Of a stretch of 52,793 bases of DNA, positions 38,727 through 48,256 are shown piece after piece. The stretch comes from Fidelibacterota bacterium. Lineage in GTDB: Bacteria; Fidelibacterota; Fidelibacteria; Fidelibacterales; DSDE01. Under the pieces are notes generated by a model. It ran no database searches and was not told where the DNA came from. It saw only the letters and a list, made by a program, of their open reading frames with translations. Made by a program: the position numbers and the translations under genes. Position 1 is the stretch's first letter; each line of letters opens with the position of its first letter. The stretch spans positions 1 through 52,793 of the forward strand of contig JBJKQR010000014.1 in assembly GCA_046735395.1 (NCBI GenBank), read 5' to 3'.

Positions 38727-39953
38727 ATGGGAAAATCAAAGGAAAAGTCCGCGGCATCAGGTAGGTCCGAACCTATTCAGATATTGAATCTTCCGGTTCA
38801 GCATTATGAATGGGGGAGTCATGGCAGTGATTCTTTGATACCAAATCTGTTAAACCTTGCTGCGGCTCCTGAAAAACCTTACGCGGAACTCTGGATGGGA
38901 GCACATGAAAAATCGCCGGCCACTCTCCGTGACAGCGGAAAGAGTCTGAAGCAGTTCATCGATGAGAATCCCCGTGACACGCTGGGCGAAAGGGTGCTTG
39001 CAGGCCATGGACCTTCGCTGCCCTTTCTGGCGAAAATTCTTTCCGTAAGAAATTGTCTCAGTATTCAGGTTCATCCGGATAAAAACATGGCAGACCTGCT
39101 GCATCTGCAGGATCCGGATCATTACCCGGATGACCGACACAAACCCGAAATGGCCATTGCTCTTGATAATTTTCACGCCCTCGCCGGTTTTCGGCCGGAT
39201 GATGAAATCAGGGAACTCCTGAATACCCTGCGCCTGTCGGCCGAATCTGCAGCGAAAGCCTTTATGGAATCCTTGTTAAAGGAATTTGAACAGGGTGGAC
39301 TTGAATCGGTCCTGCGGCAGGTACTGGAAGCCGCACAATCTGAAAGCACATTCAAAGGGATTTTACGCGAAGTCAGAGCGCAACTGATGCCTTTGCGTAG
39401 CGACGATCCCCGCTTTGCCCTCTTTGCAGATCTGTTTCATGATTACGACCGAGACCCGGGCCTGTTTGTGCTGTTGCTGCTCCAATATCATCAGCTGGAG
39501 AGGGGAGAGGCCCTGTACCTTTCTCCGGGAATTCCTCACGCCTATATCAGCGGCAATCTCATCGAATGCATGGCAAATTCGGATAATGTCATCCGCCTGG
39601 GGTTAACGAAAAAATTCCGTGATCCGGGAAATCTGCTCCGGGCTTTAAATTATGAAGCAGCACTGACCTCACCGGAACAGATAAAAAGTGATGAGCGGCT
39701 CATATACCGCACAGCGGACAGGGAATTTCTGCTGGAATGGGTGGCGGGAGAACAGGACCGTATTCTGGACAGAGGCGGAAACCCGGCTATCGTATTTTGT
39801 ATGAAGGGTGACACCCACATCCGGGAAACTGGCAGCGCCACGGATGTACTGCTCAGGATGGGAGAGGCTGCCTTCATTCCGGTACAGGCCGGAGAATGCA
39901 GGATATCCATGAAAGATGATTGCGATGTACTCTGCTTCAGGTCCGATTACTGA
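38727..39953 (+). CDS. manA: Mannose-6-phosphate isomerase, class I
   Basis: Motifs YEWGS, PYAELWMGAH, LPFL.KIL, LSIQVHPD, HKPEMAIAL, GFRP, PHAY..G and ECMANSDNVIR.GLT.K. Confidence 0.93.
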   Translation: MGKSKEKSAASGRSEPIQILNLPVQHYEWGSHGSDSLIPNLLNLAAAPEKPYAELWMGAHEKSPATLRDSGKSLKQFIDENPRDTLGERVLAGHGPSLPFLAKILSVRNCLSIQVHPDKNMADLLHLQDPDHYPDDRHKPEMAIALDNFHALAGFRPDDEIRELLNTLRLSAESAAKAFMESLLKEFEQGGLESVLRQVLEAAQSESTFKGILREVRAQLMPLRSDDPRFALFADLFHDYDRDPGLFVLLLLQYHQLERGEALYLSPGIPHAYISGNLIECMANSDNVIRLGLTKKFRDPGNLLRALNYEAALTSPEQIKSDERLIYRTADREFLLEWVAGEQDRILDRGGNPAIVFCMKGDTHIRETGSATDVLLRMGEAAFIPVQAGECRISMKDDCDVLCFRSDY

Positions 39954-40153
39954 CCAGTTGAAAACCAATCTATTTCATATCATTTTAAAATAATTTAAAA
40001 AACAAAAATTAATAAATAGTAGGATCTGAATTCGATTTTAAAATCGAAAAATATAGATATACAGGCAAAATGTGACGAGGAGCGAAGATGGGAATAAAAA
40101 GAGTGTTTGGATTTGTTCGTACTTTGTACTAACTTAATTTGAAGGAGATAATT

Positions 40154-41113
40154 ATGTTCAATTTAAAATGTATGAAAAGTGTGCCTATCTTATTGTTATT
40201 AATTACCATGTCTGTTTCTGTCAATCTGTATGGAGCAGACTTCAAATGGGAGAATGCGGCCACGCCGGATTTGCTGATCGATGCGGATTATGTGCATCCT
40301 CAGTTTTCGCCGACAGGCGAACTGCTGGTACAGAAACCGCAGCAGAGAGGCCTGTATCTGTATTCCATGACGGATGGGAATCTGAAGACGCTGGTTCCGG
40401 CGGGAGAAGAAAGCATTCAGCCCTGCTGGTCTGCAGACGGATCTCAGATATTGAGCCGTACACGCAATCAGGAAGTTATGGATGCGCCGCATCAGATTGA
40501 AATTATTTCGCCCATGACCGGAGAGAGAAAAAGACTGGCTGAGACCTATGATATCCGGAACCTTCCCCGTTTCGCACCGCAGGGAGACCAGGTTTATTAT
40601 CCGGCGAGGCATGGACTGACATATCTGCCGCTTCCTGACAAACTGAGCAAGGGCGCTGCAAGCATCGCGCCCATCATTGAATTCCGGAATGACAGACTGA
40701 CGCTGACATCAGCCGTTACAAAAAGTGTAAAGACGCTGGTGCCCCAGGAAGGATGGCGGGTTCTGATGGCTGAACCATCACGGGACGGCCGTCTGCTTCT
40801 GATTAATACTACCGGCGGAGATATGTACCTCTACGATATGGAATCGGGTGTAAAGACTGATATCGGGCGGGGGGACATGCCGGTCTGGGGCTATGGAGAT
40901 AATTATATTCTCTTTGTCCGCACCACGGATGACGGACACGATATCACCGGCTCCGACATCTATGTATACGACCTGCAGGAAAAGATGCTGCGCCAGGTTA
41001 CCTTTACGGATAATGTCATAGAACTGGAGCCGACCTGGTCACCGGACGGTTCGACTATTGTCTATGATGATTATGTCTCTCATAAAATCTTTGCAATCGA
41101 TTTGATCAGATAG
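40154..41113 (+). CDS. TolB-like beta-propeller protein (secreted/periplasmic)
   Basis: Signal peptide and PD40-like repeats PQFSPTG, PCWSADG, PRFAPQG, PSRDG and PTWSPDG. RBS AAGGAG before ATG 40154. Confidence 0.8.
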   Translation: MFNLKCMKSVPILLLLITMSVSVNLYGADFKWENAATPDLLIDADYVHPQFSPTGELLVQKPQQRGLYLYSMTDGNLKTLVPAGEESIQPCWSADGSQILSRTRNQEVMDAPHQIEIISPMTGERKRLAETYDIRNLPRFAPQGDQVYYPARHGLTYLPLPDKLSKGAASIAPIIEFRNDRLTLTSAVTKSVKTLVPQEGWRVLMAEPSRDGRLLLINTTGGDMYLYDMESGVKTDIGRGDMPVWGYGDNYILFVRTTDDGHDITGSDIYVYDLQEKMLRQVTFTDNVIELEPTWSPDGSTIVYDDYVSHKIFAIDLIR

Positions 41114-41124
41114 GATAAGGGATT

Positions 41125-43593
41125 ATGAAGAAAACAATTATCTATACACTGTTATTCATACCGGCACTTGTTTTTTCACAGGTGGTCACCGGCCTCTCAC
41201 ATTGGTCCATTTACCTGGATCCGGGCCACAGCCAGACCGAAAATATGGGCGCCTACGGTTATTCCGAGGCGGAGAAAAACGTCCGGGTTGCCCTGAATGT
41301 AAGAGACCTGCTCCTGACCTATACGGATATTGACACGGTATATCTGTGTCGTACAAATGACCAGCAGTATGTGGGATTGACCGCACGTCAGACGGAAGCG
41401 AATAATCTGGGCGTGTCCTGGTATCACAGTATCCATTCGGATGCGGGTGGCGGCGCTAATGCAAATTCCACTCTGCTGCTCTGGGGCAAGTATGCCAGCG
41501 GTTCGGAAAAGATTCCCAATGGCGGGAAGGCCATGTCAGATATTATGATCGATTACCTGACCCGGGCCATGCGAACCTATACGGTCCATGGTTCCATTGG
41601 TGACTGCAGTTTTTACGGATGTTCCAGTGGCGGGCCCTATCTGGCTGTAAACCGGAATACAAACATGCCGTCTGAATTATCCGAAGCCGGTTTTCATGAC
41701 AATCCCATGCAGAATCAGCGGAATATGAATGCGGAATGGAAACGGCTGGAATCCTGGGCCTTTTTCTGGTCCATCCTCAAGTATCATGGCCTGCCAAACG
41801 TTCCATCCCATTCTCTCACCGGGTTTATCCGCGATGTGGAAGGGGGAACGCTGGTCAATGGCGCTACGGTCACCCTGGAAAACGGGATGACTTATACGAC
41901 CGATACCTATGAGTCACTCTTTCATAAATACAGTACGGATCCGGATCAGCTGCATAATGGCTTCTATTATCTGGAAGGAATTGAATCCGATTCCATTCAA
42001 ATGGTCATCACAGCAGACGGGTTTTATCCCGATACGGAAATGGTGAAAATCGATCAGGTGTTTCACACCTACCAGGATATTCAGCTGGTGTCGAGAAAAG
42101 CGCCGGTTATTTTAGCCTCTGAACCGGTTGAAGGAGAAACAGCGCATCCGGCCTGGAATCCTGTCGTACTCAGTTTTTCCCGTCCCATGGATACATTGTC
42201 GGTTCATCAGTCTCTGGAATTTTCACCAGAAATCCCGTTTTCGTTGAAGTGGAATTCCAACCAGACGTCAGCTGATGTAAAAGCCGCCTTTGAGTTCCTG
42301 ACCGATTACACCATGACACTGGATTCGACAGCCGCCGACCAGTGGGGACACCGATTGAATGCTGATGGAGACGGAAACAGCTACGTTCTGAATTTTCATA
42401 CAGCTCAGGAAGATCTTTTTGTTCCGAAACTGACGACTTTCTTTTCTGAATATGAGGATGCCACTTCGACGCTGAATCCGATTTACACCTTCCAGTTTGA
42501 TGAACTTCTGGATTCCGCTTCGGTAGATTCTGCCGGCATGTCCCTTGTGAATCTTTCCCAGGCGACAGTCCAGCTGCCCATCGCATGGGATTATACGCCT
42601 TTTGACTCATTGTCAATCATTTCCGTTTATTCAATAGATAATCTCCTGCCGGGCGCTCGTTACAAAGTTGCCATCGGCGGCGGCATTACGGATTTGTTCA
42701 ATAACCGTAAGAAGACAGGTATCAGCCGTTATGTTTATACGGTAACGACTGATTATGAGTCAATTACAAATCTGGAAGATTTCGAGGGCGGAATCGGAAA
42801 TTTCTGGGAACCGTCCGGAAGCGGAAGTACCGCTGGAATCATCGGCGATAAGACGACGCGGGAAGCTTCAGCCGCAAAGGCTGTCTACAATACGGGAAGT
42901 ACGCAATCCATGAAGCTCAATTATGCCTATGACATGAATGTGAATAGCTGGCTGATCCGACTCTACGGTGGCGGGTCTTCCATCGCCAATACCCATGTCT
43001 CCACAGACCAGATCGTTCAGGTTTACATCTTCGGAGACGGATCCGGAAACTGCTTCCGCTTCTGTTTTGACGACAACGGCGGAACGGAAGTGAGTCCGTG
43101 GACAGCCATAGACTGGTACGGCTGGAAGCTGGTCAGCTGGGATCTGCGAGACGGAGAAACGGGAACCTGGATCGGAGATGGAACACTCGATGGAAACCTC
43201 GCCTTTGACTCCTTTCAGTTCACCTATACGGAAGGGGCTCCGGCTGAAGGGACCATGTATCTGGATGATTTCCGCACCGTGACTCCCGGAAGCGTTAATT
43301 CTGTTTCATCAAGGGATCAGCTTTTGCCCGGCCAGGCTATCCTGCATGGTAATTATCCTAATCCTTTTAACGGAACAACCCAAATCTCCTTCACCCTTGC
43401 AGATCCGATGACGATCCGGCTCGCGGTGTATGACGTGACGGGCCGGCTGGTGAAAGTGCTGCGAAACGGCCTGATGGAAGCCGGATCCTGGACTGAATCA
43501 CTCGATTCCGCCACGCTGCCTTCAGGCGTGTATTTCTGCCGTCTGGAGACGCCGACCAGCGTGCAGACCAAAAGGCTGACCATCCTCAAATAA
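41125..43593 (+). CDS. N-acetylmuramoyl-L-alanine amidase (Amidase_3) with Ig-like and CBM-like domains and a T9SS-like CTD
   Basis: Zn-amidase motifs YLDPGH, SEAEKN, HSIHSDA and SEAGFHDN. Then Big_5-like FSRPMD/FDELLD repeats, a jelly-roll-like IDWYGWKLV...MYLDD region and NYPNPFN...SGVYF...KRLTILK. Confidence 0.87.
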   Translation: MKKTIIYTLLFIPALVFSQVVTGLSHWSIYLDPGHSQTENMGAYGYSEAEKNVRVALNVRDLLLTYTDIDTVYLCRTNDQQYVGLTARQTEANNLGVSWYHSIHSDAGGGANANSTLLLWGKYASGSEKIPNGGKAMSDIMIDYLTRAMRTYTVHGSIGDCSFYGCSSGGPYLAVNRNTNMPSELSEAGFHDNPMQNQRNMNAEWKRLESWAFFWSILKYHGLPNVPSHSLTGFIRDVEGGTLVNGATVTLENGMTYTTDTYESLFHKYSTDPDQLHNGFYYLEGIESDSIQMVITADGFYPDTEMVKIDQVFHTYQDIQLVSRKAPVILASEPVEGETAHPAWNPVVLSFSRPMDTLSVHQSLEFSPEIPFSLKWNSNQTSADVKAAFEFLTDYTMTLDSTAADQWGHRLNADGDGNSYVLNFHTAQEDLFVPKLTTFFSEYEDATSTLNPIYTFQFDELLDSASVDSAGMSLVNLSQATVQLPIAWDYTPFDSLSIISVYSIDNLLPGARYKVAIGGGITDLFNNRKKTGISRYVYTVTTDYESITNLEDFEGGIGNFWEPSGSGSTAGIIGDKTTREASAAKAVYNTGSTQSMKLNYAYDMNVNSWLIRLYGGGSSIANTHVSTDQIVQVYIFGDGSGNCFRFCFDDNGGTEVSPWTAIDWYGWKLVSWDLRDGETGTWIGDGTLDGNLAFDSFQFTYTEGAPAEGTMYLDDFRTVTPGSVNSVSSRDQLLPGQAILHGNYPNPFNGTTQISFTLADPMTIRLAVYDVTGRLVKVLRNGLMEAGSWTESLDSATLPSGVYFCRLETPTSVQTKRLTILK

Positions 43594-43628
43594 AGACAGA
43601 TACAGTACTGATTGTCACATATAACAGA

Positions 43629-43655
43629 GCGGCTCCGTTTGGAGCCGCATTTTTT
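43629..43655 (+). terminator. Rho-independent terminator between the convergent amidase and nadB genes
   Basis: GCGGCTCC-GTTT-GGAGCCGC followed by ATTTTTT. Confidence 0.8.
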
Positions 43656-43689
43656 ATATCATGAAATAATAATTGACGAATGAAGAGAT

Positions 43690-45267
43690 TCAGCTTTCCC
43701 GGAAATGACAACCCAGGCTGCGCTTATTTTCCCAGGCAGCTTCTGTAACTAAGACGGCTGTCCTGACTGCGTTGCGGAGCCCCAGGAGCGTGTCGGTCAC
43801 CTGAGATACGCGGTAGAATCGTTCAATCTCATGTTCCAGATTCTTCAGGCCTCGCAGCGCCCTGTCAAGGCGCCATTTCGTACGAACCAGTCCTACGTAA
43901 TTCCACATGATCTGACGAATATTGATCAGATCCTGCTGAATCAGGGCCGGATCGGGAATTTCTGTTCCGCTGTCAGTCCAGTCCGGAATATCCTTCGTAT
44001 CGAAGGTCTGAAAAGCTGAATAATTCTTCGAGATATATTCGGCCGACCGTGCTCCCCATACCAGGGCTTCCAGGAGGGAGGTACTGGCCAGACGATTTGC
44101 GCCGTGAACACCAGTACAGGCCACTTCACCCACCGCAAACAGATTATTGATCGTCGTCTGTCCGTCGCTGTCCACCCAGACGCCGCCGCAGGAATAATGG
44201 GCCGCCGGAACGACAGGTATGAGATCCTGCGAAATATCCACTCCGAATCTCAGACTCTGCTCGTGAATGGTGGGAAAACGCTGCCGAATTTCCTGCGCAG
44301 GAAGATACGACGCAATATCCAGATAGACATGCTCCAGTTTGTTGGCCAGCATTTCCTTGTGAATGGATCGGGCCACCAGATCTCTTGCCGCAAGGTCCTT
44401 CCATTCCGAATCATATTTCTGCATGAAAGGCTGGCCATCTTTGTGAACGAGCCGGGCTCCGGCACCCCGCAGGGCTTCTGAAATAAGAAAGCGCGGGGCG
44501 TGATTCGCAAAGAAGGTCGTCGGATGGAACTGAATGAATTCCAGGTTAATAACCCGTGCGCCCATCCTGTCCGCCATGGCGATACCGTCTCCGACAGCAT
44601 GTTCCGGGTTTGTAGTGCGCAGAAATACGGATCCCAGTCCGCCGGTCGCCAGAATGGTTACCCGGGAAAAAAATTTATGAATCTGTCCGTCTTCCTGATT
44701 GAGCACATAGGCGCCCATGCAGGTTCTCGGTTCGTAGATAGTAAGGCGGTTCAGGCTGTGGTGATGGGGAGCCAGCAGATCCACGGCTGTGAATCCTTCG
44801 AGCAGTTTGATATTGCTGTGCCGGCTCAGAGCTCTCAGAAGCGCGATTTGTATGGTTTTTCCGGTGGCATCGGCCGCATGCAGAATTCGGGACCGGCTGT
44901 GATGGCCCTCCGCATTCATGGCATATCCGCCATCCGGGTCTCTGTCGAATTCCACACCATATTTATTAATCAACAGTTCTTCGGTCAGCCGCGGCCCGTC
45001 ATTGACCAGAATTTCAACCGATTTTCCCTTACAGTGCTGATCACCGGCCTCCATGATGTCTTTATAAAATAATTCCGGGCTGTCATCTTCCCGTCCCTTG
45101 TAGGCAACACCGCCCTGTGCCATCCAGGTATTGTTTTCCTTCCCCTCACGACGGCTTTTAGTCAGGACCGTAACCTGAAAACCCTTATCGGCCAGTTCCA
45201 GCGCGGCGATGGCACCGGCTATTCCGCTGCCAACAACCAGAACATCGGTTTCGTAACTTTGTTTCAT
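43690..45267 (-). CDS. nadB: L-aspartate oxidase
   Basis: Motifs VGSGIAG, AQGG, EG.HSRSRILH..D.TG, ILATGG.G, QFHPT, LISEALRG.GA, AHY.CGG and GVHGANRLAS.SLLE. Confidence 0.9.
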   Translation of the reverse strand: MKQSYETDVLVVGSGIAGAIAALELADKGFQVTVLTKSRREGKENNTWMAQGGVAYKGREDDSPELFYKDIMEAGDQHCKGKSVEILVNDGPRLTEELLINKYGVEFDRDPDGGYAMNAEGHHSRSRILHAADATGKTIQIALLRALSRHSNIKLLEGFTAVDLLAPHHHSLNRLTIYEPRTCMGAYVLNQEDGQIHKFFSRVTILATGGLGSVFLRTTNPEHAVGDGIAMADRMGARVINLEFIQFHPTTFFANHAPRFLISEALRGAGARLVHKDGQPFMQKYDSEWKDLAARDLVARSIHKEMLANKLEHVYLDIASYLPAQEIRQRFPTIHEQSLRFGVDISQDLIPVVPAAHYSCGGVWVDSDGQTTINNLFAVGEVACTGVHGANRLASTSLLEALVWGARSAEYISKNYSAFQTFDTKDIPDWTDSGTEIPDPALIQQDLINIRQIMWNYVGLVRTKWRLDRALRGLKNLEHEIERFYRVSQVTDTLLGLRNAVRTAVLVTEAAWENKRSLGCHFRES

Positions 45268-46571
45268 TATTCCGCTGCTTGCCAGTTTTCCTGAAATGCG
45301 ATATTCATGGTTTCAAGTTCGGCCAGGATCGGTTCATAAATTTCCCGGTCTAGGGGAATCCGAACACCCCGCTTGCGGATTTTACCTTCCAGTATGAGAA
45401 TGGCTGCAATGGCGGGAGGGAGACTGACGGTTCGCGCCATGGCCGAATCGCCACCGGGGATTCCGTAATCAATCATCAGGCTTTTTATTTTTTGCTGTCT
45501 GCCATCCGGATAAACGGCTTTGAATTCATGCTGAAGAATCAGCATATCCCGCTCTCCGTCCTGATAACTCATTTTCTTTTCCATGAGAGCGGTGAGAGCT
45601 GTCAGCGGAGTCCGGGCCTTTTCAGGAATTTCCGCATTCTGATTCAGACCCAGCCAGGCAAAGGCGTTCAGGACCGTCTTATCATGTCCGCAACTGTCTC
45701 CGAGAAAGGCCAGGCCCTGCTTTTCCATGAGCCAGTTGGTCAGCTCTGCATAGCTGCGAACTGAATCAGGAAGCGCATCAGCGTTCAGGTAATCCAGGGC
45801 CTTCAAGGCCTTGATCAGGGGTTTCCATCCGGGATTCCGAATGGTTCCGCGCATCACATCCCCGGCCTTTTCAATTCCATACAGCTCCTTGTAGCGAACG
45901 GAATTCCGGTTCGGATACACTTCAACGGATCCGTATCCTTCAATAACATCATCCTTGGTGCTGTCCATCAGATCCTGGTCGGATATTTTTACTATACGTC
46001 CGTTTTTCAGATATTCGGCAGGATTTTTAAGCGCTGTCAGGGCTCCCAGGGGGCTCCAGGAAAATTTATAGCTGAAGGGGTTGTCCGCTGCTTCCGGCGC
46101 AGGAAGGCCCCCGCAGATACTGCGGAAAGAACTGATATAACCGCCCTTTTCACGGACAAGATCAATGACTTTCATGGCCGACATGTGGTCGATGCCCGGA
46201 TCCAGCCCCAATTCATTCAGAAATAACAGGCCTTTTTCCATGGCTTCATCATTCAGCGCCTCCATCTCGGGGGAAACATAACTGGCCGTGATGAGGTGTC
46301 TGCCGACGCTGAGACAGACTTTCGCGACTTTCACATGGAGAAAAGCCGGCAGGAGGGAGATACACAGATCACATTCACTGATCAGGTCCGGCAGATTGCT
46401 CAGTTCGGAGTCGCTGCCCGCAGCCTGTCCGTTACTGTAGCCTTTTACCAGCTTCTGGGCGCGTGGCAGCTCGATATCCATGACCGTGAGCTGCACATCA
46501 TTGCGCGCCAGCAGATAATCCGCAAGAGGACGGGCCACCAGGCCGGCCCCCAATAAAAGAATTTTTTTCAT
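45267..46571 (-). CDS. Saccharopine dehydrogenase (glutamate-forming; SDH/Lys9-like)
   Basis: Motifs LLLGAGLVA, ISLLP..LH, TASYVS, NELGLDPGIDHMSAM, CGGLPAPE...NP..YKFSWSP, YPNRNS, RGT.R, ERDM.IL.HEF and SAMARTV. Confidence 0.92.
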   Translation of the reverse strand: MKKILLLGAGLVARPLADYLLARNDVQLTVMDIELPRAQKLVKGYSNGQAAGSDSELSNLPDLISECDLCISLLPAFLHVKVAKVCLSVGRHLITASYVSPEMEALNDEAMEKGLLFLNELGLDPGIDHMSAMKVIDLVREKGGYISSFRSICGGLPAPEAADNPFSYKFSWSPLGALTALKNPAEYLKNGRIVKISDQDLMDSTKDDVIEGYGSVEVYPNRNSVRYKELYGIEKAGDVMRGTIRNPGWKPLIKALKALDYLNADALPDSVRSYAELTNWLMEKQGLAFLGDSCGHDKTVLNAFAWLGLNQNAEIPEKARTPLTALTALMEKKMSYQDGERDMLILQHEFKAVYPDGRQQKIKSLMIDYGIPGGDSAMARTVSLPPAIAAILILEGKIRKRGVRIPLDREIYEPILAELETMNIAFQENWQAAE

Positions 46572-46613
46572 GTCAGTTCTTCGCTTTTAATAAATTGGTC
46601 GGTTAAGGTGACT

Positions 46614-47930
46614 TCAGTGCGTCGCGGACGCGTCAAATTTATCCAGAAATTTCTGAAGATAGCTAAAGCGGGGCGTGAGATGTCCGTTGTGGGTGATGAC
46701 AGCGTTGTGAATTTCCTCGGGAAGGGCCAGATCTTCAAAAGCAGCCCGGTAATCACAGTTCACGATATCGGGAACATAGGGGAAGAGTTTGTCGGAAAAG
46801 GTCTGTGACGCATCCCGCGGCAATTCAGTCGGAAGATTATCCACCGCCAGTACAACAATGCCGTCTCCGTCAACGCCATCGTGAATTTTTCCGGTAACAG
46901 GGGAGAATACATAGGCAGGATTATCAGATTCCGTCGATTTTTCCGTAATTTCAATACTTCCGTTTACATCGCAGCTGATATCCGTTATCAGCTTGAGCCT
47001 CGGATCTGTCTGTTCCATGGCCCATTTCCTTTCAACAAGCCGTGGATATTGTTCCTCCCAGTAAACTGCATTGATCAGAACATCCAGATGGGGCAGAATT
47101 TCCTGAAAGCGGCTTTCATATTTTTCAGGCTGATTATAATAAATATCCAGATTAAAGGGAGTTCCGTCCTTCGTCCGGACCATGTCTTCCTCTCTGAAAA
47201 CGGCCTTGAGCAGCCGGCTGGCGCCGGACGCCGTCGTCTTGCCAAGATCGGAAACCGTAATATCGTGATGAGGCAGAATATCAAAAAGTGTCTGAGCTCC
47301 GGTCGATACGTTGCCGTATCCGGAAAATCCGAAAACAAGCGGATGGGGATATTCTCCGAGGCCATCTTTCTCAATGGTGGCGGCCAGCTTTTCCAGCTCC
47401 GCTTTTGCGTCGGCCAGATCGTCGTATTCATAGGCTGCATGGATGGAGAGAAAGGGCGTTCTGTATCCCAGATGCTTCAGCCTGAGTCCCAGAATATGCA
47501 GAGTATCAATCATTCCGGCCAGCCCGGCATAGTTTCCGAAGTATACCTTGCGGCGACCGGCTTTATCGGTGATCTTTTCGTAATCGATGAGTGTGATCTT
47601 TTTTTCCAGAACCGCCTTCAGCAGGGGCATGTTATAGCTTTGCCCCTTAATCGTATGGGAAAAGAACATATAGGTCATACCCGGCATGAGCAGGGGAATG
47701 GGAACCTCCTTTATCCCGAGGATGACATTACAGTCCTGCAGTGAACGAAGCAGCACGGCCCCTTCATTCTGAAATTCCTCGTCTGTGAAGGCCCGTCCGG
47801 GAAATGATTCCACATAGGTCCGGATTCCGTGGTCTTTCATCAGAATTCCGATTTTATCCGGAGTGACGGCGATACGCCGCTCCCATATATTCTTGTCTTC
47901 TTTTCTCAATCCGAGTTTTTTTTCTGCCAT
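46614..47930 (-). CDS. Lysine-ketoglutarate reductase (LKR domain of alpha-aminoadipic semialdehyde synthase)
   Basis: Motifs LRKEDKNIWERR, GIKEVP, FFSHTIKGQ.YNMPLL, LIDYE, FG.YAG.AGMID.LH.LG.R, GYGNVS.GAQ, DISCD..GSIE and AVDNLPTELP. Start reassigned to ATG 47930 (MAEKK). Confidence 0.9.
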   Translation of the reverse strand: MAEKKLGLRKEDKNIWERRIAVTPDKIGILMKDHGIRTYVESFPGRAFTDEEFQNEGAVLLRSLQDCNVILGIKEVPIPLLMPGMTYMFFSHTIKGQSYNMPLLKAVLEKKITLIDYEKITDKAGRRKVYFGNYAGLAGMIDTLHILGLRLKHLGYRTPFLSIHAAYEYDDLADAKAELEKLAATIEKDGLGEYPHPLVFGFSGYGNVSTGAQTLFDILPHHDITVSDLGKTTASGASRLLKAVFREEDMVRTKDGTPFNLDIYYNQPEKYESRFQEILPHLDVLINAVYWEEQYPRLVERKWAMEQTDPRLKLITDISCDVNGSIEITEKSTESDNPAYVFSPVTGKIHDGVDGDGIVVLAVDNLPTELPRDASQTFSDKLFPYVPDIVNCDYRAAFEDLALPEEIHNAVITHNGHLTPRFSYLQKFLDKFDASATH

Positions 47931-48256
47931 ATTTACGAAACCATTCTCTTTATTGGTGGACTGTCTGTCATTATTTTCCGGTAAGACACAAAGCACTGAT
48001 TAGCCTTATCCTGTGATTTCGGCGAATATTAGTAAATTCTGTAAATTAACTCAAGTTACAAATACACCGATTGACGTCTTTTCATAATAACCGGCTCCCT
48101 GTTCAGGTGTTCAGGGTGTTGTAAATGGGAACGATTACGCTGTTAAATCCCGAAATGATCCCCCTGGAATAAAAGATTTTACATGACTCGTTTGCGGAAT
48201 TCTGCTATATTCGGCAATGAAAATAGGTTGAATTAATCAGTATTTCAGGAGTTAAA

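Noticed and set aside
47931..48256. Possible lysine or purine riboswitch in the LKR/OPT divergent region
   Set aside because: I could not recognise conserved aptamer motifs by eye. An Infernal/Rfam scan would be needed.
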